A stretch of 64,000 bases of DNA from Alphaproteobacteria bacterium (lineage in GTDB: Bacteria > Pseudomonadota > Alphaproteobacteria > RF32 > CAG-239): contig JAGBHO010000054.1 of the NCBI GenBank assembly GCA_017935485.1, forward strand, positions 67,126 to 131,125, in the 5' to 3' direction. Of the stretch, positions 50,783 to 62,300 are shown piece after piece (position 1 is the stretch's first letter; each line of letters opens with the position of its first letter). A model generated the notes under the pieces. The model had not been told where the DNA came from. It searched no databases and saw only the letters and a program-made list of their open reading frames with translations. A program made the translations under genes and the position numbers.

Positions 50783-51382
50783 TTATTTTCCGCCTTTGGT
50801 GACGACGACCATGGCTTCGCGCAGGATGCGGTCATTAATCATATAGCCGGTCTGGAGTTCGGCAATGATTGTTCCCGCAGGTTTTTCTTTGTCTTCAACT
50901 TCCTGAATAACTCTTTGGTAATTGGGGTCAAAGACTTTTCCCATGCTGTCAACTTTCTGAATGCCGAATTTGTTAAAGACTTTCATTAATTCGGCTTCTG
51001 TCAGTTCCACGCCTTTCAGCAGGTTTTTGGCTTCTTCGCATTTGGCTTTTTCCGCTTCGGGCAAGGCTTCTATTGCGCGATGGAGGTTGTCGGCAACGCT
51101 TAACAGATCTTTGGCAAAAGATGAAATGGCATATTTGGTGTTTTTTTCAATTTCCTGAGTGCAACGCTTTTTGGTGTTTTCGGCATCGGCATAAGCTCTT
51201 AAGAATTCATTTTTCAAAGCAAGGTTTTCAGCTTTTAATTTTTCAATTTCCTGACTGAAATCAACGGCTTCTTCCGTGCTTTCTTCAATTGTATCTTCTT
51301 CGTTTTCCAGTGTGTCGACATCCTCTTCGGGGGCTTGGTTTTCCTCAGTATTCCGGTTATCAACTATTTTTTCTTTTTTCAT
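50783..51382 (-). CDS. grpE: nucleotide exchange factor GrpE
   Basis: 199 aa with an acidic N-terminus, a coiled-coil, and the GrpE C-terminal beta domain (FDPNYQRVIQEVE...GYMINDRILREAMV). Confidence 0.93.
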   Translation of the reverse strand: MKKEKIVDNRNTEENQAPEEDVDTLENEEDTIEESTEEAVDFSQEIEKLKAENLALKNEFLRAYADAENTKKRCTQEIEKNTKYAISSFAKDLLSVADNLHRAIEALPEAEKAKCEEAKNLLKGVELTEAELMKVFNKFGIQKVDSMGKVFDPNYQRVIQEVEDKEKPAGTIIAELQTGYMINDRILREAMVVVTKGGK

Positions 51383-51524
51383 CTTTTCCTCTTTAAAATT
51401 TAGGATATTGATTGTATATATAAGTTATTTAGTAATTATTGGCAGACAAGTCAATAGCAGAAGTCTTTTATTGCAGAAAATATACAGGAAACTGCATTGT
51501 CTTGCCGGGTTGAAAGAGTATGAA

Positions 51525-53549
51525 ATGAAGCACAGGCCTGTGGAAGGGAAAATAGGTTTAAGGTTATTGTCACAACATAATTATCGGGACTATTTGAGTA
51601 AAATGCCGGACGGTGCCGATGCCGCCGAGATGAGGATTCAAAACACGGCAAAAGAGCAATGTGTGTCTGATAAAAAATGGCCTGAGATAAAAAATGTCGA
51701 TGCATGGATGATTTCTTCCGAAACGGCAACGTTTATGAAGGTCGGCGGTTTGGGGGTCGTTGCAACGGAGCTGCCGGAGGCTTTTAACCGCGCGTTTGCT
51801 TCAGGCGGCGATAAAATCAGCATTGTTACGCCGCTTTATACGGGCGATACTTCTCATAAAAAGGCAAGCCTGCGCAAAAATGTTTATACCGGTGCCGAGG
51901 GGCGTTCGGTCAATGTCCTGAAGATTGGCGAGATTAATGTTCCTTTTGTCGGAAAAAACCGTGTGGTTCGCAAATTCAAAGTTAAAATTTATACCGCTGA
52001 TGACGGCCGTTGCAATTACATTTTTTTGGCTAACCGGCGGTTTTTTTCTATTACGACGGATTATCGGAATCCCGGTTGCCAGGACGGGTGTTATGTCTTT
52101 AACAAGCAAGGGGTTGACGAGGTTGAGCGTTTTGCATTCTTCTCAAAGAGCGTTTATGTTTTGCTGAAGGCTATTCCGGAAGGAAAGCTCACCGGCCTTA
52201 GTGTTCCCAATATTCTGATTGCCAATGACTGGCACAGCGGCGCTTTGGCCGGTTTGTGCAAATATCTGGCGCCTTATCTGGCAGAGAAAGGCCGCTTGAA
52301 AAAAACACTGGCGGACAAAATTTGCAATATTCCGATTATCCATCTGGTGCATCATATGGGGTATCAGGGTTGGGATTATAAAAATACGGTCAAAATCCTT
52401 AACTCTTTGTATGAAGATGCCGTTAAGCCGGTTGTTTCTTCTGCGGCTGCCTGTTGGAAAGGAAATCCCCGTGTTGAAAAAACGCTGGTCGTGAATGCAA
52501 CTTATAATCAGGCCGGTTGTAATCTGCAGCTGGCGGATCGGCTGGTGACCGTTTCAAAAAACTATGCGCAGGAAGTTTCCAAAAAAGAATTCGGGTATGA
52601 TTTTGCCGAGCTGCTGGACATGCGCCAGAAAAACGGAAACTTTTTCGGCATCGTGAACGGATATGACAAGAAGCTGATTGCGCCGCTGGCTGATAAAATC
52701 GCGCGTATCAACAGTTATTTCGGCGGTACGGAGTTTGAGTTTTATGATGAAAAGAACGTTGCTGCCAAAAAGCATAATAAAAAAGAGTTTATCAAGCTGC
52801 TTTCGAAATTGGCGACAGATGACGATTTTAAGCAAAAAATGCTGCCGCTTGTGAATTTTTATAAGTTTGAAGATATTTCCGACTTGGCGGAAAAGTCAGA
52901 CGCGGTTCCGATGTTTTGCGCGACCAGCCGTTTGGTTGAACAAAAAGGTTATGATATTGCCGCCGAAGCGATTGTGAAGTTTTTGAAAGAATATAAATAT
53001 AAAGAGGCTCCGATTTGGATTTTAGGCGGCGCCGGCGATGCCCGATATTTTGAATATCTGACAAAGTTGAAAGATAAAGTGGCTGTCAAGAATCCGGAGG
53101 CGGCCAGACGGATTTTCGTATTCCGCGGGTATAAAGACGAGTTTGCCTATGCAATTCAGCTGGCGAGCGATTTTTATATGATGCCCTGCCGTTTTGAGCC
53201 TTGCGGGCTGACCCAGATGGAGGCGATGGCAAAGGGAACGCTGCCGGTGGCTATGTCAACCGGCGGGTTGGTCGATACGATTGATGACGGCATCGACGGT
53301 TTCCGGACTTTGGTCTTTTACGGAGAAAACGAGCAGGTCTTCGGGTCTTCCGCAGATGCCAAAAAACTTACAAATAATGTGGAGGCTTTTGCCGAAGTGT
53401 TGGAAAAAAGCACAAAAGTTTTTGAACAGAAGCCTGAAAAGCTGCAACAAATGGCGGTTCGCGCCATGGAAAAAGATTTTAGCTGGGACGTGGAAGACGG
53501 CAGCGTTTATAAATATTATAAGCTGTTCAAAACCGGCAAAATTGTTTAA
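51525..53549 (+). CDS. GT5 glycogen/starch-synthase-like glycosyltransferase (long form)
   Basis: ATG at 51525; the track ORF start 51276 is antisense to grpE. KVGGLGVV (KxGGL motif) and [14 protein letters not shown]-terminal motif; 674 aa. Confidence 0.8.
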   Translation: MKHRPVEGKIGLRLLSQHNYRDYLSKMPDGADAAEMRIQNTAKEQCVSDKKWPEIKNVDAWMISSETATFMKVGGLGVVATELPEAFNRAFASGGDKISIVTPLYTGDTSHKKASLRKNVYTGAEGRSVNVLKIGEINVPFVGKNRVVRKFKVKIYTADDGRCNYIFLANRRFFSITTDYRNPGCQDGCYVFNKQGVDEVERFAFFSKSVYVLLKAIPEGKLTGLSVPNILIANDWHSGALAGLCKYLAPYLAEKGRLKKTLADKICNIPIIHLVHHMGYQGWDYKNTVKILNSLYEDAVKPVVSSAAACWKGNPRVEKTLVVNATYNQAGCNLQLADRLVTVSKNYAQEVSKKEFGYDFAELLDMRQKNGNFFGIVNGYDKKLIAPLADKIARINSYFGGTEFEFYDEKNVAAKKHNKKEFIKLLSKLATDDDFKQKMLPLVNFYKFEDISDLAEKSDAVPMFCATSRLVEQKGYDIAAEAIVKFLKEYKYKEAPIWILGGAGDARYFEYLTKLKDKVAVKNPEAARRIFVFRGYKDEFAYAIQLASDFYMMPCRFEPCGLTQMEAMAKGTLPVAMSTGGLVDTIDDGIDGFRTLVFYGENEQVFGSSADAKKLTNNVEAFAEVLEKSTKVFEQKPEKLQQMAVRAMEKDFSWDVEDGSVYKYYKLFKTGKIV

Positions 53550-53572
53550 CAGTTATGGGACGGAAAATTAAA

Positions 53573-54286
53573 ATGAGACATTCACAAAGACAATTTGACG
53601 AGATCAGAAAAGTTGAAATTATTCCGAATTTTAATCCATATGCCGAGGGATCCTGTCTGATTAAGTGCGGCGGGACTCATGTGGTTTGTACGGCCAGCGT
53701 GCAGGATAAGGTTCCGGTTTGGCTGAAAGGCCAAAACCGCGGCTGGATTACCGCAGAATACGGAATGCTGCCGCGTTCAACGCAGGTTCGCGTGGCAAGG
53801 GAGACGATAAAACCCTCGGGACGGACGCAGGAAATTCAGCGTTTGGTCGGCAGGGCTTTGCGTTCGGTGGTTGATCTGGAAAAGCTGAAAGATATGTCTT
53901 TTTGCATTGACTGTGACGTTATTCAGGCGGACGGCGGGACGCGTACGGCTTCCATTACCGGCGGTTTTGTGGCTTTGTATTTGGCAATTGAAAAACTGCG
54001 CAAAGACGGAAAGCTGGTCGTTAATCCCATTCGCGAGTTTGTTGCGGCCGTGTCCTGTGCCATTCATAACGGGGAAGAAATCTTGGATGTTGATTATTTG
54101 GAAGATTCTTCGGCGCAGGCTGATATGAATTTTGTGCTGACAGAGAGCGGCAGGATTGTGGAGATTCAGGGGACGGCGGAAGAAAAACCGTTTGATGAAG
54201 AGCAGTATGCCAAGCTTTTCGGGCTGGCTAAAAAAGGGATTGCCGAACTGATTGCCAAACAGAAAGAAGCTTTGGGGATAAAATAA
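53573..54286 (+). CDS. rph: ribonuclease PH
   Basis: Start at ATG 53573 ([12 protein letters not shown]) fits the usual Rph N-terminus. Contains [16 protein letters not shown] and [18 protein letters not shown]. Confidence 0.93.
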   Translation: MRHSQRQFDEIRKVEIIPNFNPYAEGSCLIKCGGTHVVCTASVQDKVPVWLKGQNRGWITAEYGMLPRSTQVRVARETIKPSGRTQEIQRLVGRALRSVVDLEKLKDMSFCIDCDVIQADGGTRTASITGGFVALYLAIEKLRKDGKLVVNPIREFVAAVSCAIHNGEEILDVDYLEDSSAQADMNFVLTESGRIVEIQGTAEEKPFDEEQYAKLFGLAKKGIAELIAKQKEALGIK

Positions 54287-54889
54287 ATGAGACTGCAAAA
54301 GCTTGTTATTGCCTCGCATAATCAGGGAAAAGTCGCTGAAATCAGAGATATGCTGGCACCGTTTGACGTTGAAGTCGTCTCGGCTGACGATTTGTCCTTG
54401 CCTGATGTTGAAGAAACCGGAACGACCTTTGAGGAAAATGCCCGTCTGAAGGCAGAAACGCTGGCGAAATTTTCCGGTCTGCCCTGTTTGGGAGATGATT
54501 CCGGTTTGTGCGTTGATGCTCTGGACGGGCGGCCGGGGGTTTATTCGGCCCGATATGCGCCGAAAGATGCAGACGGCAAACGCAATTTTGACAAGGCAAT
54601 GGACAAGCTGATCGGCGAATTGAACGAAAGACAGGCGGATGACTGGTCGGCGCATTTTTCCTGTGTGCTGGCTTTGGCCGTGCCTGAGCAGGAAACAAAG
54701 GTTTTTGAGGGGCGGGTAGACGGCAGGATTGTTCCGGAGAAAAGCGGGAACAAAGGTTTCGGTTTTGATCCGATATTTCTGCCGGACGGTTTTGACAAGA
54801 CTTTTGCCAATTTTACGTCGGAAGAAAAAGCCAGGGTCTCTCATCGCGGGCGGGCTTTTGCCAAGCTGATTGAAGATTGTTTTGCATAA
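54287..54889 (+). CDS. rdgB: dITP/XTP pyrophosphatase (RdgB/HAM1)
   Basis: 200 aa with IASHNQGK, GFGFDPIF and SHRGRA motifs. Confidence 0.93.
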   Translation: MRLQKLVIASHNQGKVAEIRDMLAPFDVEVVSADDLSLPDVEETGTTFEENARLKAETLAKFSGLPCLGDDSGLCVDALDGRPGVYSARYAPKDADGKRNFDKAMDKLIGELNERQADDWSAHFSCVLALAVPEQETKVFEGRVDGRIVPEKSGNKGFGFDPIFLPDGFDKTFANFTSEEKARVSHRGRAFAKLIEDCFA

Positions 54890-54903
54890 GGAAAAAAAGA
54901 ATA

Positions 54904-55641
54904 ATGTCGGAAAAAATTACACAGGCTTTTATTTTGGCGGCCGGCCGCGGCAAAAGAATGCTGCAGTTGACGGATGACAAGCCTAAACCGCTTGTTGAAG
55001 TTGCCGGAAAAGCACTGATTGATTATAATGTCGAGCGGCTGCAGGAGGCCGGAATCAAAGATTGTGTCGTTAATTTGTGCTATAAAGGCGAGATGATTAA
55101 GAAGCATTTGCAGCAAAAGGGCGGTTTGAACTTTATTTTTTCCGAAGAAGCAGAGGCTTTGGAAACCGGCGGCGGTATCAAGCATGCTTTGCCCAAAATG
55201 AAAAGGGAAGCCTTTGTGGTAGTTAACAGCGACGCTTTGTGGACGGAGGCGGCCGGCCGTTGTCTGATAAAAGACATGATGGCGGCTTGGGATGAGAATA
55301 AGCATGATATGATGCTGATGTTGCAGCCGTTGGAAAATGCTTATGATACCGCCAGAAACGGCGATTATAACATTAATAAGGAAGGCTTTTTGGAACGCCG
55401 CCGCGACAGGGATGCAAAAGCTGCCTATTTGTACGGCGGCGTGTTGATTGTTCATCCGCGGGTGTTTGACAACGAGCCTGAAGGGCGGTATTGGCTGATT
55501 GATATTTTTGACCGGCTGGAACGCGAAAAACGTTTAGGTTACCACATTCATCAGGGAAAGTGGTTTCATGTCGGCAATCCGGAAGCAACAGCGGTTGCCG
55601 AGGATTATTTTACAAAGCTGAAATTGCGGCGCGGTGCATAA
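54904..55641 (+). CDS. sugar-phosphate nucleotidyltransferase (MurU-like)
   Basis: ATG at 54904; ILAAGRGKRM (GxGxR) motif. Sits upstream of addB, as in many alphaproteobacteria. Confidence 0.8.
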   Translation: MSEKITQAFILAAGRGKRMLQLTDDKPKPLVEVAGKALIDYNVERLQEAGIKDCVVNLCYKGEMIKKHLQQKGGLNFIFSEEAEALETGGGIKHALPKMKREAFVVVNSDALWTEAAGRCLIKDMMAAWDENKHDMMLMLQPLENAYDTARNGDYNINKEGFLERRRDRDAKAAYLYGGVLIVHPRVFDNEPEGRYWLIDIFDRLEREKRLGYHIHQGKWFHVGNPEATAVAEDYFTKLKLRRGA

Positions 55642-56348
55642 GCATATTGCGGCGGAATTAAGAAGAAAGTTGCGGCGCCTTTGGTATGTTTGGTCAGATC
55701 AAAAGTGTCAGCTACGATTTTTTCAACGTCAATGCCGAATTTGTCATCAAAATAATCTCTTAAGGCAAAGGCTTTGTCTTCATAAGACAGGTTTTTGATT
55801 TTGTAAAATTGTTTGTTTTTATCCAGACGCTGACGAATGCTTAAAATTTCTTTGCCGCGCGAAAACAGGTCTCCCAACTGAATCAGGCGGTCGTAATCAT
55901 TATATTCGATTTCCGATAAAAACAGTTTGGTCTGCTCAAATAGTTTCGGGCTGTATGTCGGGTAGTCGCCGGCTTTGATGTCTTTGTCAATAAAATTGTG
56001 GGTCAGACAGACAGGGGCGGCACCGGGATAACCAAGGCGGGTCAGATAGCGGAAGCCTTCAATGCCGTGCGGAATTTTGGTCACGGTCTCGTCTTTAATC
56101 CGGCCGACGTCATGCAGCAATCCCAGAATGTATGCTTTTTCCGGATTCAGGCTGCCGCCGGTCTGACGGGCAATGGCACGGGCGATTTTGGCAACGTTAA
56201 AAACATGAACCCCGTGTTCATAAATGATTTTGGGATTTGAACCGTTGCGAATCCGCGTCTGCAAATATTCGCCGGCAATACGAAGCGCCGCCAGCTTGGT
56301 GGGCAGACGGTTATTTTCATAGTCATTTACTTTGAAGTTCTGTTGCAC
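55605..56348 (-). CDS. HD-domain phosphohydrolase
   Basis: 247 aa with H...HDVGR and downstream H/D residues. The 3' end overlaps the convergent gene by 37 nt. Confidence 0.75.
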   Translation of the reverse strand: MQQNFKVNDYENNRLPTKLAALRIAGEYLQTRIRNGSNPKIIYEHGVHVFNVAKIARAIARQTGGSLNPEKAYILGLLHDVGRIKDETVTKIPHGIEGFRYLTRLGYPGAAPVCLTHNFIDKDIKAGDYPTYSPKLFEQTKLFLSEIEYNDYDRLIQLGDLFSRGKEILSIRQRLDKNKQFYKIKNLSYEDKAFALRDYFDDKFGIDVEKIVADTFDLTKHTKGAATFFLIPPQYAYAPRRNFSFVK

Positions 56349-56495
56349 TTGAGTTTCCTTATCTGTTTTCCTTTTATTCTATTCTTTTCGGAATGGCAAC
56401 CCCTTTATTTGGCAAAATTTGATAACTTGCACAGTTGTTTATGGAAAATCCGGTTTTTTGTTGACTAATCGGGAATCCGGCTTAAACTTTCCGTT

Positions 56496-59375
56496 ATGAA
56501 AAAGAAGATTTACAGTGTTCCGGCCAGTTGCGGTTTTACCGATGTTCTGGCGCAGAAATTTTTGGACGAGTATCGGGAGAATCGGCAGGCTCTGGCCGAT
56601 GTGCTGTTTTTGCTGCCGAACCGGCGTGCGGTTAAAGCGCTGGCCGATGCTTTTGTGCGGGCGGGAGGCATGTCGCCGATGCTTTTGCCCCGTATGATGC
56701 CGTTAGGCGAAGCCGAGGAAGACGAATTGTTTTTGACCGGCGGCGGCAGCAGGGAATATTTGTCGGGAATGTTTCCGGCAATCAGCAGTACGGAACGCTG
56801 CCTTTTGTTTACTAAAATCATTATGTCAAAGCCCGGTGATTTCGGCATGGAGAAAATGTCGTTGAATCAGGCTTGCTATCTGGCGCAGGAGTTGTCGGGA
56901 CTGATTGATCTGGCAGAGAACGAACAGCTTGATTTTGCCGGACTGGCTGATCTGGTGCCGGATGATTATGCCGTACACTGGCAGGAAACGCTCAGATTTT
57001 TGAAGATTATCACCGAATTCTGGCCGCTGATTTTGGAAGAAAGGCAGGTTATTGATCCGGTGGCGCGCCGCAACCGGCTGTTGGAAGCGCAATGTGACAT
57101 CTGGCAGCGCAACCGGCCGGAAAAAAGGATTGTGATTGCCGGTACGACGGCGACTTATCCTTTAATGAGAAAAATGGTCAAAACCGTGTTGGAATTGCCA
57201 AACGGCGAATTGTGGCTTTCGGCGCTGGACAGAAAACTTGATGACGAGAGTTGGGCGGTTCTTGATGAAACGCATCCGCAATTTGAATTGAAGCAGCTGC
57301 TTGATTATTTGGATATGCCGCGGGAACTGGTTACCGAGGTGTTATCGCCGGAGAACAGGGAACGGGAGGCTTTTGCGTCTGAAGTTATGAGGCCGGCCGG
57401 TGTCACCAACCGCTGGTTGGAAATCGGGCAGAAAGGTTTTGACGAGACGGCGTGGCGCGGCGTTAATCTGCTTAATTGCGGCGATTTGCGGGAAGAAGCG
57501 CTGGCAATTGCGCTGATTATGCGCGAGGTGTTGGAAACGCCCGAGAAAACGGCGGCTTTGGTGACGTCTGACAGAAATCTGGCACGGCGGGTGTCGGCGG
57601 AGTTGGAACGTTGGGATGTGACGGTTGATGATTCTGCCGGACGTCCGCTCAGTCTGACGGCTGTCGGCATATTTTTGCGGTTGACGGTGCAGGCGGCGGA
57701 GAGCGAATCGCGTCTTAAACTTTTGGCTTTGTTAAAACATCCTTTGCTGAGAATGGGGCAGGAAGCTGCCGATATTCGTTTGCGGGTGCGTGATTTGGAA
57801 AAATGGTGGCGTAAAGCCGGCGGTCAGGTTGATGTCTGCGAGGCTTTTTTGCAGGAAGTTTCAGGCAAGCTGCAAGAATTGTCGAGCTTGTTACAGCATG
57901 ACAAAGTGCTTTTTAAAAATTTGCTGGCTTGTAACATTAAAACGGCCGAGTTGCTGGCAGGAACACCGCAGAAAAGCGGAGAACAGGTTTTATGGCAGGG
58001 TGATGACGGCGAGGCTGCCGCGCAGTTTATTGCCGATTTATATGAGAATGCCGAGGTGCTCGGTGAGATAGAGACAAAAGAATACGGCGGATTGTTGGAT
58101 GCCTTGATGAGTGGTGTGAATGTGCGTCCGAAGTTCGGCGGACATCCGCGTTTGAAAATTCTAGGCCCGATTGAAGCACGGCTGAACCGTTTTGATGTTA
58201 CGATTATCGGGGAAGTCAATGAAGGCGTTTGGCCGAAGACGGCATCTTCCGATCCGTGGATGTCGCGGCCGATGAAAAAAGATTTTGGTTTTCCGCTGCC
58301 TGAAAAAGCTATCGGAATTGCCGCGTTGGATTTTTTCCGGCTGCTTTGCGGCGAAACTGTTTATTTAACGCGGGCGGAACGGGTGCAGGGAACGCCGATG
58401 GTAAAATCGCGCTGGTGGTTGCGTTTGGAAACCGTTTTGAAGGCTCTCGGGCAAAAGGTAGCGGACAGAGAGCTCAGTCCTTACGGTTATTGGGCAAAAC
58501 AGTTGGACGAGCCGGAAAAGGTTATCAGTATAAAACCGCCGGCACCGCGTCCGGAGATCAGGCTGCGGCCGAATGCCTTGTCGGCAAGTGCCATTGAGAA
58601 GTGGATGCGCGATCCCTATGAGATTTATGCCCGTTATATTTTAAAGCTCAAACGGTTGGAAGAGGTAGAAGAAAAGCTTGATTTTTCTGATTACGGTACA
58701 ATTGTTCATGCGGTTTTGCAGGAATTTAACAATAAATATCCGGAGCAACTGCCCGAAAATGCCCGAGAGGAATTGCTTAAATTGGGTGAGGCTTATTTTA
58801 CCGAGAACAAGGTTGTGCAGGAAACCAGAGCTTTTTGGTGGCCGAATTTTGAGAAATCGGTTGATTGGTTTTTGCAGCAGGAAAAAGAATACCGTCCACA
58901 GATAGCCAGAGTGCATACCGAAGTGTCAGGCTCTTTGACAATTAAAACCGCAGGACGGGACTTTACGCTGAAAGCGATTGCCGACCGTGTTGATGAGACA
59001 AAGGACGGAAAAATCAACATTATTGACTACAAGACCGGAAAGGCGCGCAAGGTTAAAGAGGTATGCAGCGGAAAAGCGCCGCAGCTGCCGATTGAGGGAT
59101 TAATTGCCGAAGGCGGCGGTTTTACAGGGATTCCGCCCCGAGAAGCGGCAAAGCTGATTTATTGGCAGTTGGGACGGCAGGAAACGGAAATTTCCGAAGA
59201 CATTAAGCAGGTTTTGCAGGATAATCTGGAAATTCTTCGGGAATACATCAGCTGTTTTGAATTTGAATCTACCGCATATGTATGTCAGCCGAATCCGAAG
59301 AATATTCCGGAGTATTCGGATTATGAGCATTTGGCGCGGATTAAAGAATGGTCGGTGAAAGACAATGATGATTGA
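56496..59375 (+). CDS. addB: double-strand break repair protein AddB (alphaproteobacterial type)
   Basis: 959 aa with a C-terminal PD-(D/E)xK nuclease (IIDYKTGK); precedes addA. Confidence 0.9.
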   Translation: MKKKIYSVPASCGFTDVLAQKFLDEYRENRQALADVLFLLPNRRAVKALADAFVRAGGMSPMLLPRMMPLGEAEEDELFLTGGGSREYLSGMFPAISSTERCLLFTKIIMSKPGDFGMEKMSLNQACYLAQELSGLIDLAENEQLDFAGLADLVPDDYAVHWQETLRFLKIITEFWPLILEERQVIDPVARRNRLLEAQCDIWQRNRPEKRIVIAGTTATYPLMRKMVKTVLELPNGELWLSALDRKLDDESWAVLDETHPQFELKQLLDYLDMPRELVTEVLSPENREREAFASEVMRPAGVTNRWLEIGQKGFDETAWRGVNLLNCGDLREEALAIALIMREVLETPEKTAALVTSDRNLARRVSAELERWDVTVDDSAGRPLSLTAVGIFLRLTVQAAESESRLKLLALLKHPLLRMGQEAADIRLRVRDLEKWWRKAGGQVDVCEAFLQEVSGKLQELSSLLQHDKVLFKNLLACNIKTAELLAGTPQKSGEQVLWQGDDGEAAAQFIADLYENAEVLGEIETKEYGGLLDALMSGVNVRPKFGGHPRLKILGPIEARLNRFDVTIIGEVNEGVWPKTASSDPWMSRPMKKDFGFPLPEKAIGIAALDFFRLLCGETVYLTRAERVQGTPMVKSRWWLRLETVLKALGQKVADRELSPYGYWAKQLDEPEKVISIKPPAPRPEIRLRPNALSASAIEKWMRDPYEIYARYILKLKRLEEVEEKLDFSDYGTIVHAVLQEFNNKYPEQLPENAREELLKLGEAYFTENKVVQETRAFWWPNFEKSVDWFLQQEKEYRPQIARVHTEVSGSLTIKTAGRDFTLKAIADRVDETKDGKINIIDYKTGKARKVKEVCSGKAPQLPIEGLIAEGGGFTGIPPREAAKLIYWQLGRQETEISEDIKQVLQDNLEILREYISCFEFESTAYVCQPNPKNIPEYSDYEHLARIKEWSVKDNDD

Positions 59376-62300
59376 GCAGGAAAGACATAATCGCGGCCGG
59401 CGGGCAACAGAACAACAGCGGCGGGCGGCGAATCCGAAAAAATCGGTATGGGTACAGGCTTCGGCCGGAACAGGAAAAACCAAGGTTCTTTCAGACAGGG
59501 TGTTGCGGATTTTGTTGGGCGGCGGCAATCCGGGGCGGATTTTGTGTCTGACCTATACAAAAGCGGCAGCAGTGGAGATGAGCAGCCGCATTTCCGAAAG
59601 GCTGAGCAAGTGGGCAGTTATGCCGGAGCCGGAATTGTTGGGGGAATTGGAAGCCTTACTCGGAAAACTGCCGGAAGATCGGGAACGGCTGGAAAAACTG
59701 GAAGCTGCGGCGCGGCGGCTGTTTGCCGTTTTGCTGGATACGCCGGGGGGAATGAAAATTCAGACCATTCATGCCTTTTGTCAGGAGATTTTGAAGCGTT
59801 TTCCGCTGGAGGCGCATATTTCTCCTTATTTTGAGGTGATGGATGACCGAGCGGCTGCCGAAGCGCTGGCAGATATTCAATCCCGTCTTTTGAAAAAGAT
59901 TGAAGAAGAACCAAACAGTCCCGCCGGACGGGCATTGAGTTTTCTGACAAGAAAAGTCAGCGAGTTTTCTTTTCCCGAAATTATGAATACGATTGCGGCC
60001 AACCGTAATAAGATTTCGCAAATGCTGGCGCGCTATCAGAATATCGGGGCGATTGCGGCTGAGCTATTGCGCAGGCTCGGTTTGCCGGAAAATTGCAGCG
60101 AAACGGCGGTTAAGGAAGAATTTGTGACCGGATTTGCGCGGGAAAAAGCATTTATGCTGATGCAGGGCTGGATGTCCGGCGGGGTTAAAGAGAAAGAAAA
60201 AGCCCAAAAGCTTGCCGGATTGCTGGAGCGGCCGCTGCAACCGGAAGATTTTGATGACTATGCCGCTTGTTTTTTGAACAAAGACGGCGGACTTCCGGCA
60301 AAAGCGGCGACAAAAGCGGTATTGGCGGCGTATCCTGATTTTGAAGAAGTTTTTTATACAGAAGCCCAGAGACTTTGCGATTTAAGGAAAAAACTGGCGG
60401 CGGTCAGGCTGGCGGACAGCACAAGAGCGGTTTTGCTTCTGGCGGAAGATTTGATTTCGGCTTATAATCATTTTAAGAAAATCCGTTCCAAAATGGATTA
60501 TGAGGATCTGATTGTAACGACCAGACAGCTGCTCGAAAACAAAGGCGTTTCACAATGGGTAATGTTTAAGCTGGACGGCGGCATAGACAACATTCTGATT
60601 GATGAGGCGCAGGATACTTCTCCTGACCAATGGGCGATTATACGGGCGCTGACCGAGCATTTTTTTGACGATGCCGGAGCCGGGAACGTGTGCAAGACCG
60701 TGTTTGCGGTCGGAGATAAAAAACAGTCAATTTACAGTTTTCAGGGAGCGGATCCAAAAGGTTTTGCCGACATGCAGCACTATTTTTCGCAGCTGGCAGG
60801 ACAAGAGGGGCCTGATGATTTTGACGTGGTTAATCTGGAAGTGTCTTTCCGTTCGACGGCGGCCGTTTTGGAAACGGTAAACCATGTGTTCCGGCAGCTT
60901 CCGGGGCGTGACGGCGTGGCGGATGACGGCGAGGATATTACGCATATTCCTTTTCGGGCCGGAGAAGCCGGGCGGGTTGAACTCTGGCCGCTGGTCGAGC
61001 CGGAAGAGGGTGAGAACAAGGATGTCTGGCTGCCGTCAATGGAACGCGTGAGTGTGGAAACGACGAGTTCAAAGCTGGCCGGACAAATTGCCGGACGCAT
61101 TAAGCAGATGGTGGAAAGCGGTCAGGAACTGAAGTCGCAAAAGCGGCCGGTCAGGTATAAGGATTTTATGATTTTAGTGCAACGGCGCAACCGTTTTGTG
61201 GAAGAAATGGTGCGGGCCTGCAAAAATGTCGGTGTCAGCATTGCCGGCGTGGACAAGATCAAGCTTTTGGAACAGATTGCGGTACAGGATTTGGTTTCGC
61301 TCGGCAAGTTTTTGCTGTTGCCGACAGATGACCTGACTTTGGCCGAGGTTTTGAAATCTCCTTTGTTCGGTCTGGATGACAAAGATTTGGAAAAGCTGTG
61401 TTGCGAGCGCGGCAAAGGCGTGAGCCTGTGGAGCCGGTTGAAAGACGACGCGGCTCACGGAGAAGTTTATCGGAGATTGCAACAGCTGAGTTCCCGTGCC
61501 GGATTTTTGCGGCCGTTTGAGATTTATGCCGAGGTTTTGAACCGGATGGGAGGCAGGAAGAAGTTTATATCGCGGCTGGGGTATGAAGCCGAAGACGGTC
61601 TGGACGAGTTTATGAATTTGACAATTGCCTATGAGCAAGAGCATATTCCGACACTGCAAGGGTTTATTGACTGGATCGGCGGCGGCGAGGTGGAGATTAA
61701 GCGCGAGTTGGAGCAAAGCGAAGCCGATGCCGTGCGCATTATGACGGTTCACGGTTCAAAAGGTTTGCAGGCGCCGATTGTGATTTTGCCGGATACGGTG
61801 CGGATTGTCAGTGTGAAAAATTCCGGCGGCATGTTGTGGGACGATTTGTTTTATTATCCGTTGTCGTCACAGGATTATGACGATAACTGCATTAAAATAA
61901 AAGAAACCGAAAAGCAGAATGCCCTGCGGGAGTACCGGCGGCTTTTGTATGTGGCGTTAACCAGAGCGGAAGATTTGCTGGCAATTTGCGGTTACTATAA
62001 CAGCGAACGTTCCAAGCCGCATGAGGAATCGTGGTATAAAATCTGTGAAAAATCGCTGAGGGAAATCGGGACGGCTGAGCATGACGATATTATTGCCTAT
62101 GAATGTCCGCAGGCGTTTGAGCCCAAGCCTAAAAAAATGTCGGAGAAACCGGCTTATCCGGAATGTACGGCGGTCTGGCTTAAGGAAAATCCGGCAGCGG
62201 AAAGCGCACTGGCAAAGCCGCTGAGTCCGTCAAGGTTGGAGGAGAATGAGGAAGAGCCGGCGCTGGCATCGCCGATCGGAAGCCATGGTAAAAGCCGGTA

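Noticed and set aside
51276-51524. N-terminal 83 codons of the track ORF for the GT5 gene
   Set aside because: This part overlaps grpE on the opposite strand and begins at a non-ATG codon. The first in-frame ATG outside grpE is 51525.
53777-54844. 355-aa minus-strand ORF
   Set aside because: It is entirely antisense to the well-supported rph and rdgB genes. Its composition is Arg/Phe/Gln-rich and low-complexity, typical of a shadow ORF.
55605-55641. 37-nt convergent overlap of the nucleotidyltransferase and HD-domain genes as a regulatory feature
   Set aside because: Short 3'-end overlaps of convergent genes are common in compact genomes, and nothing structural is visible in the overlap.
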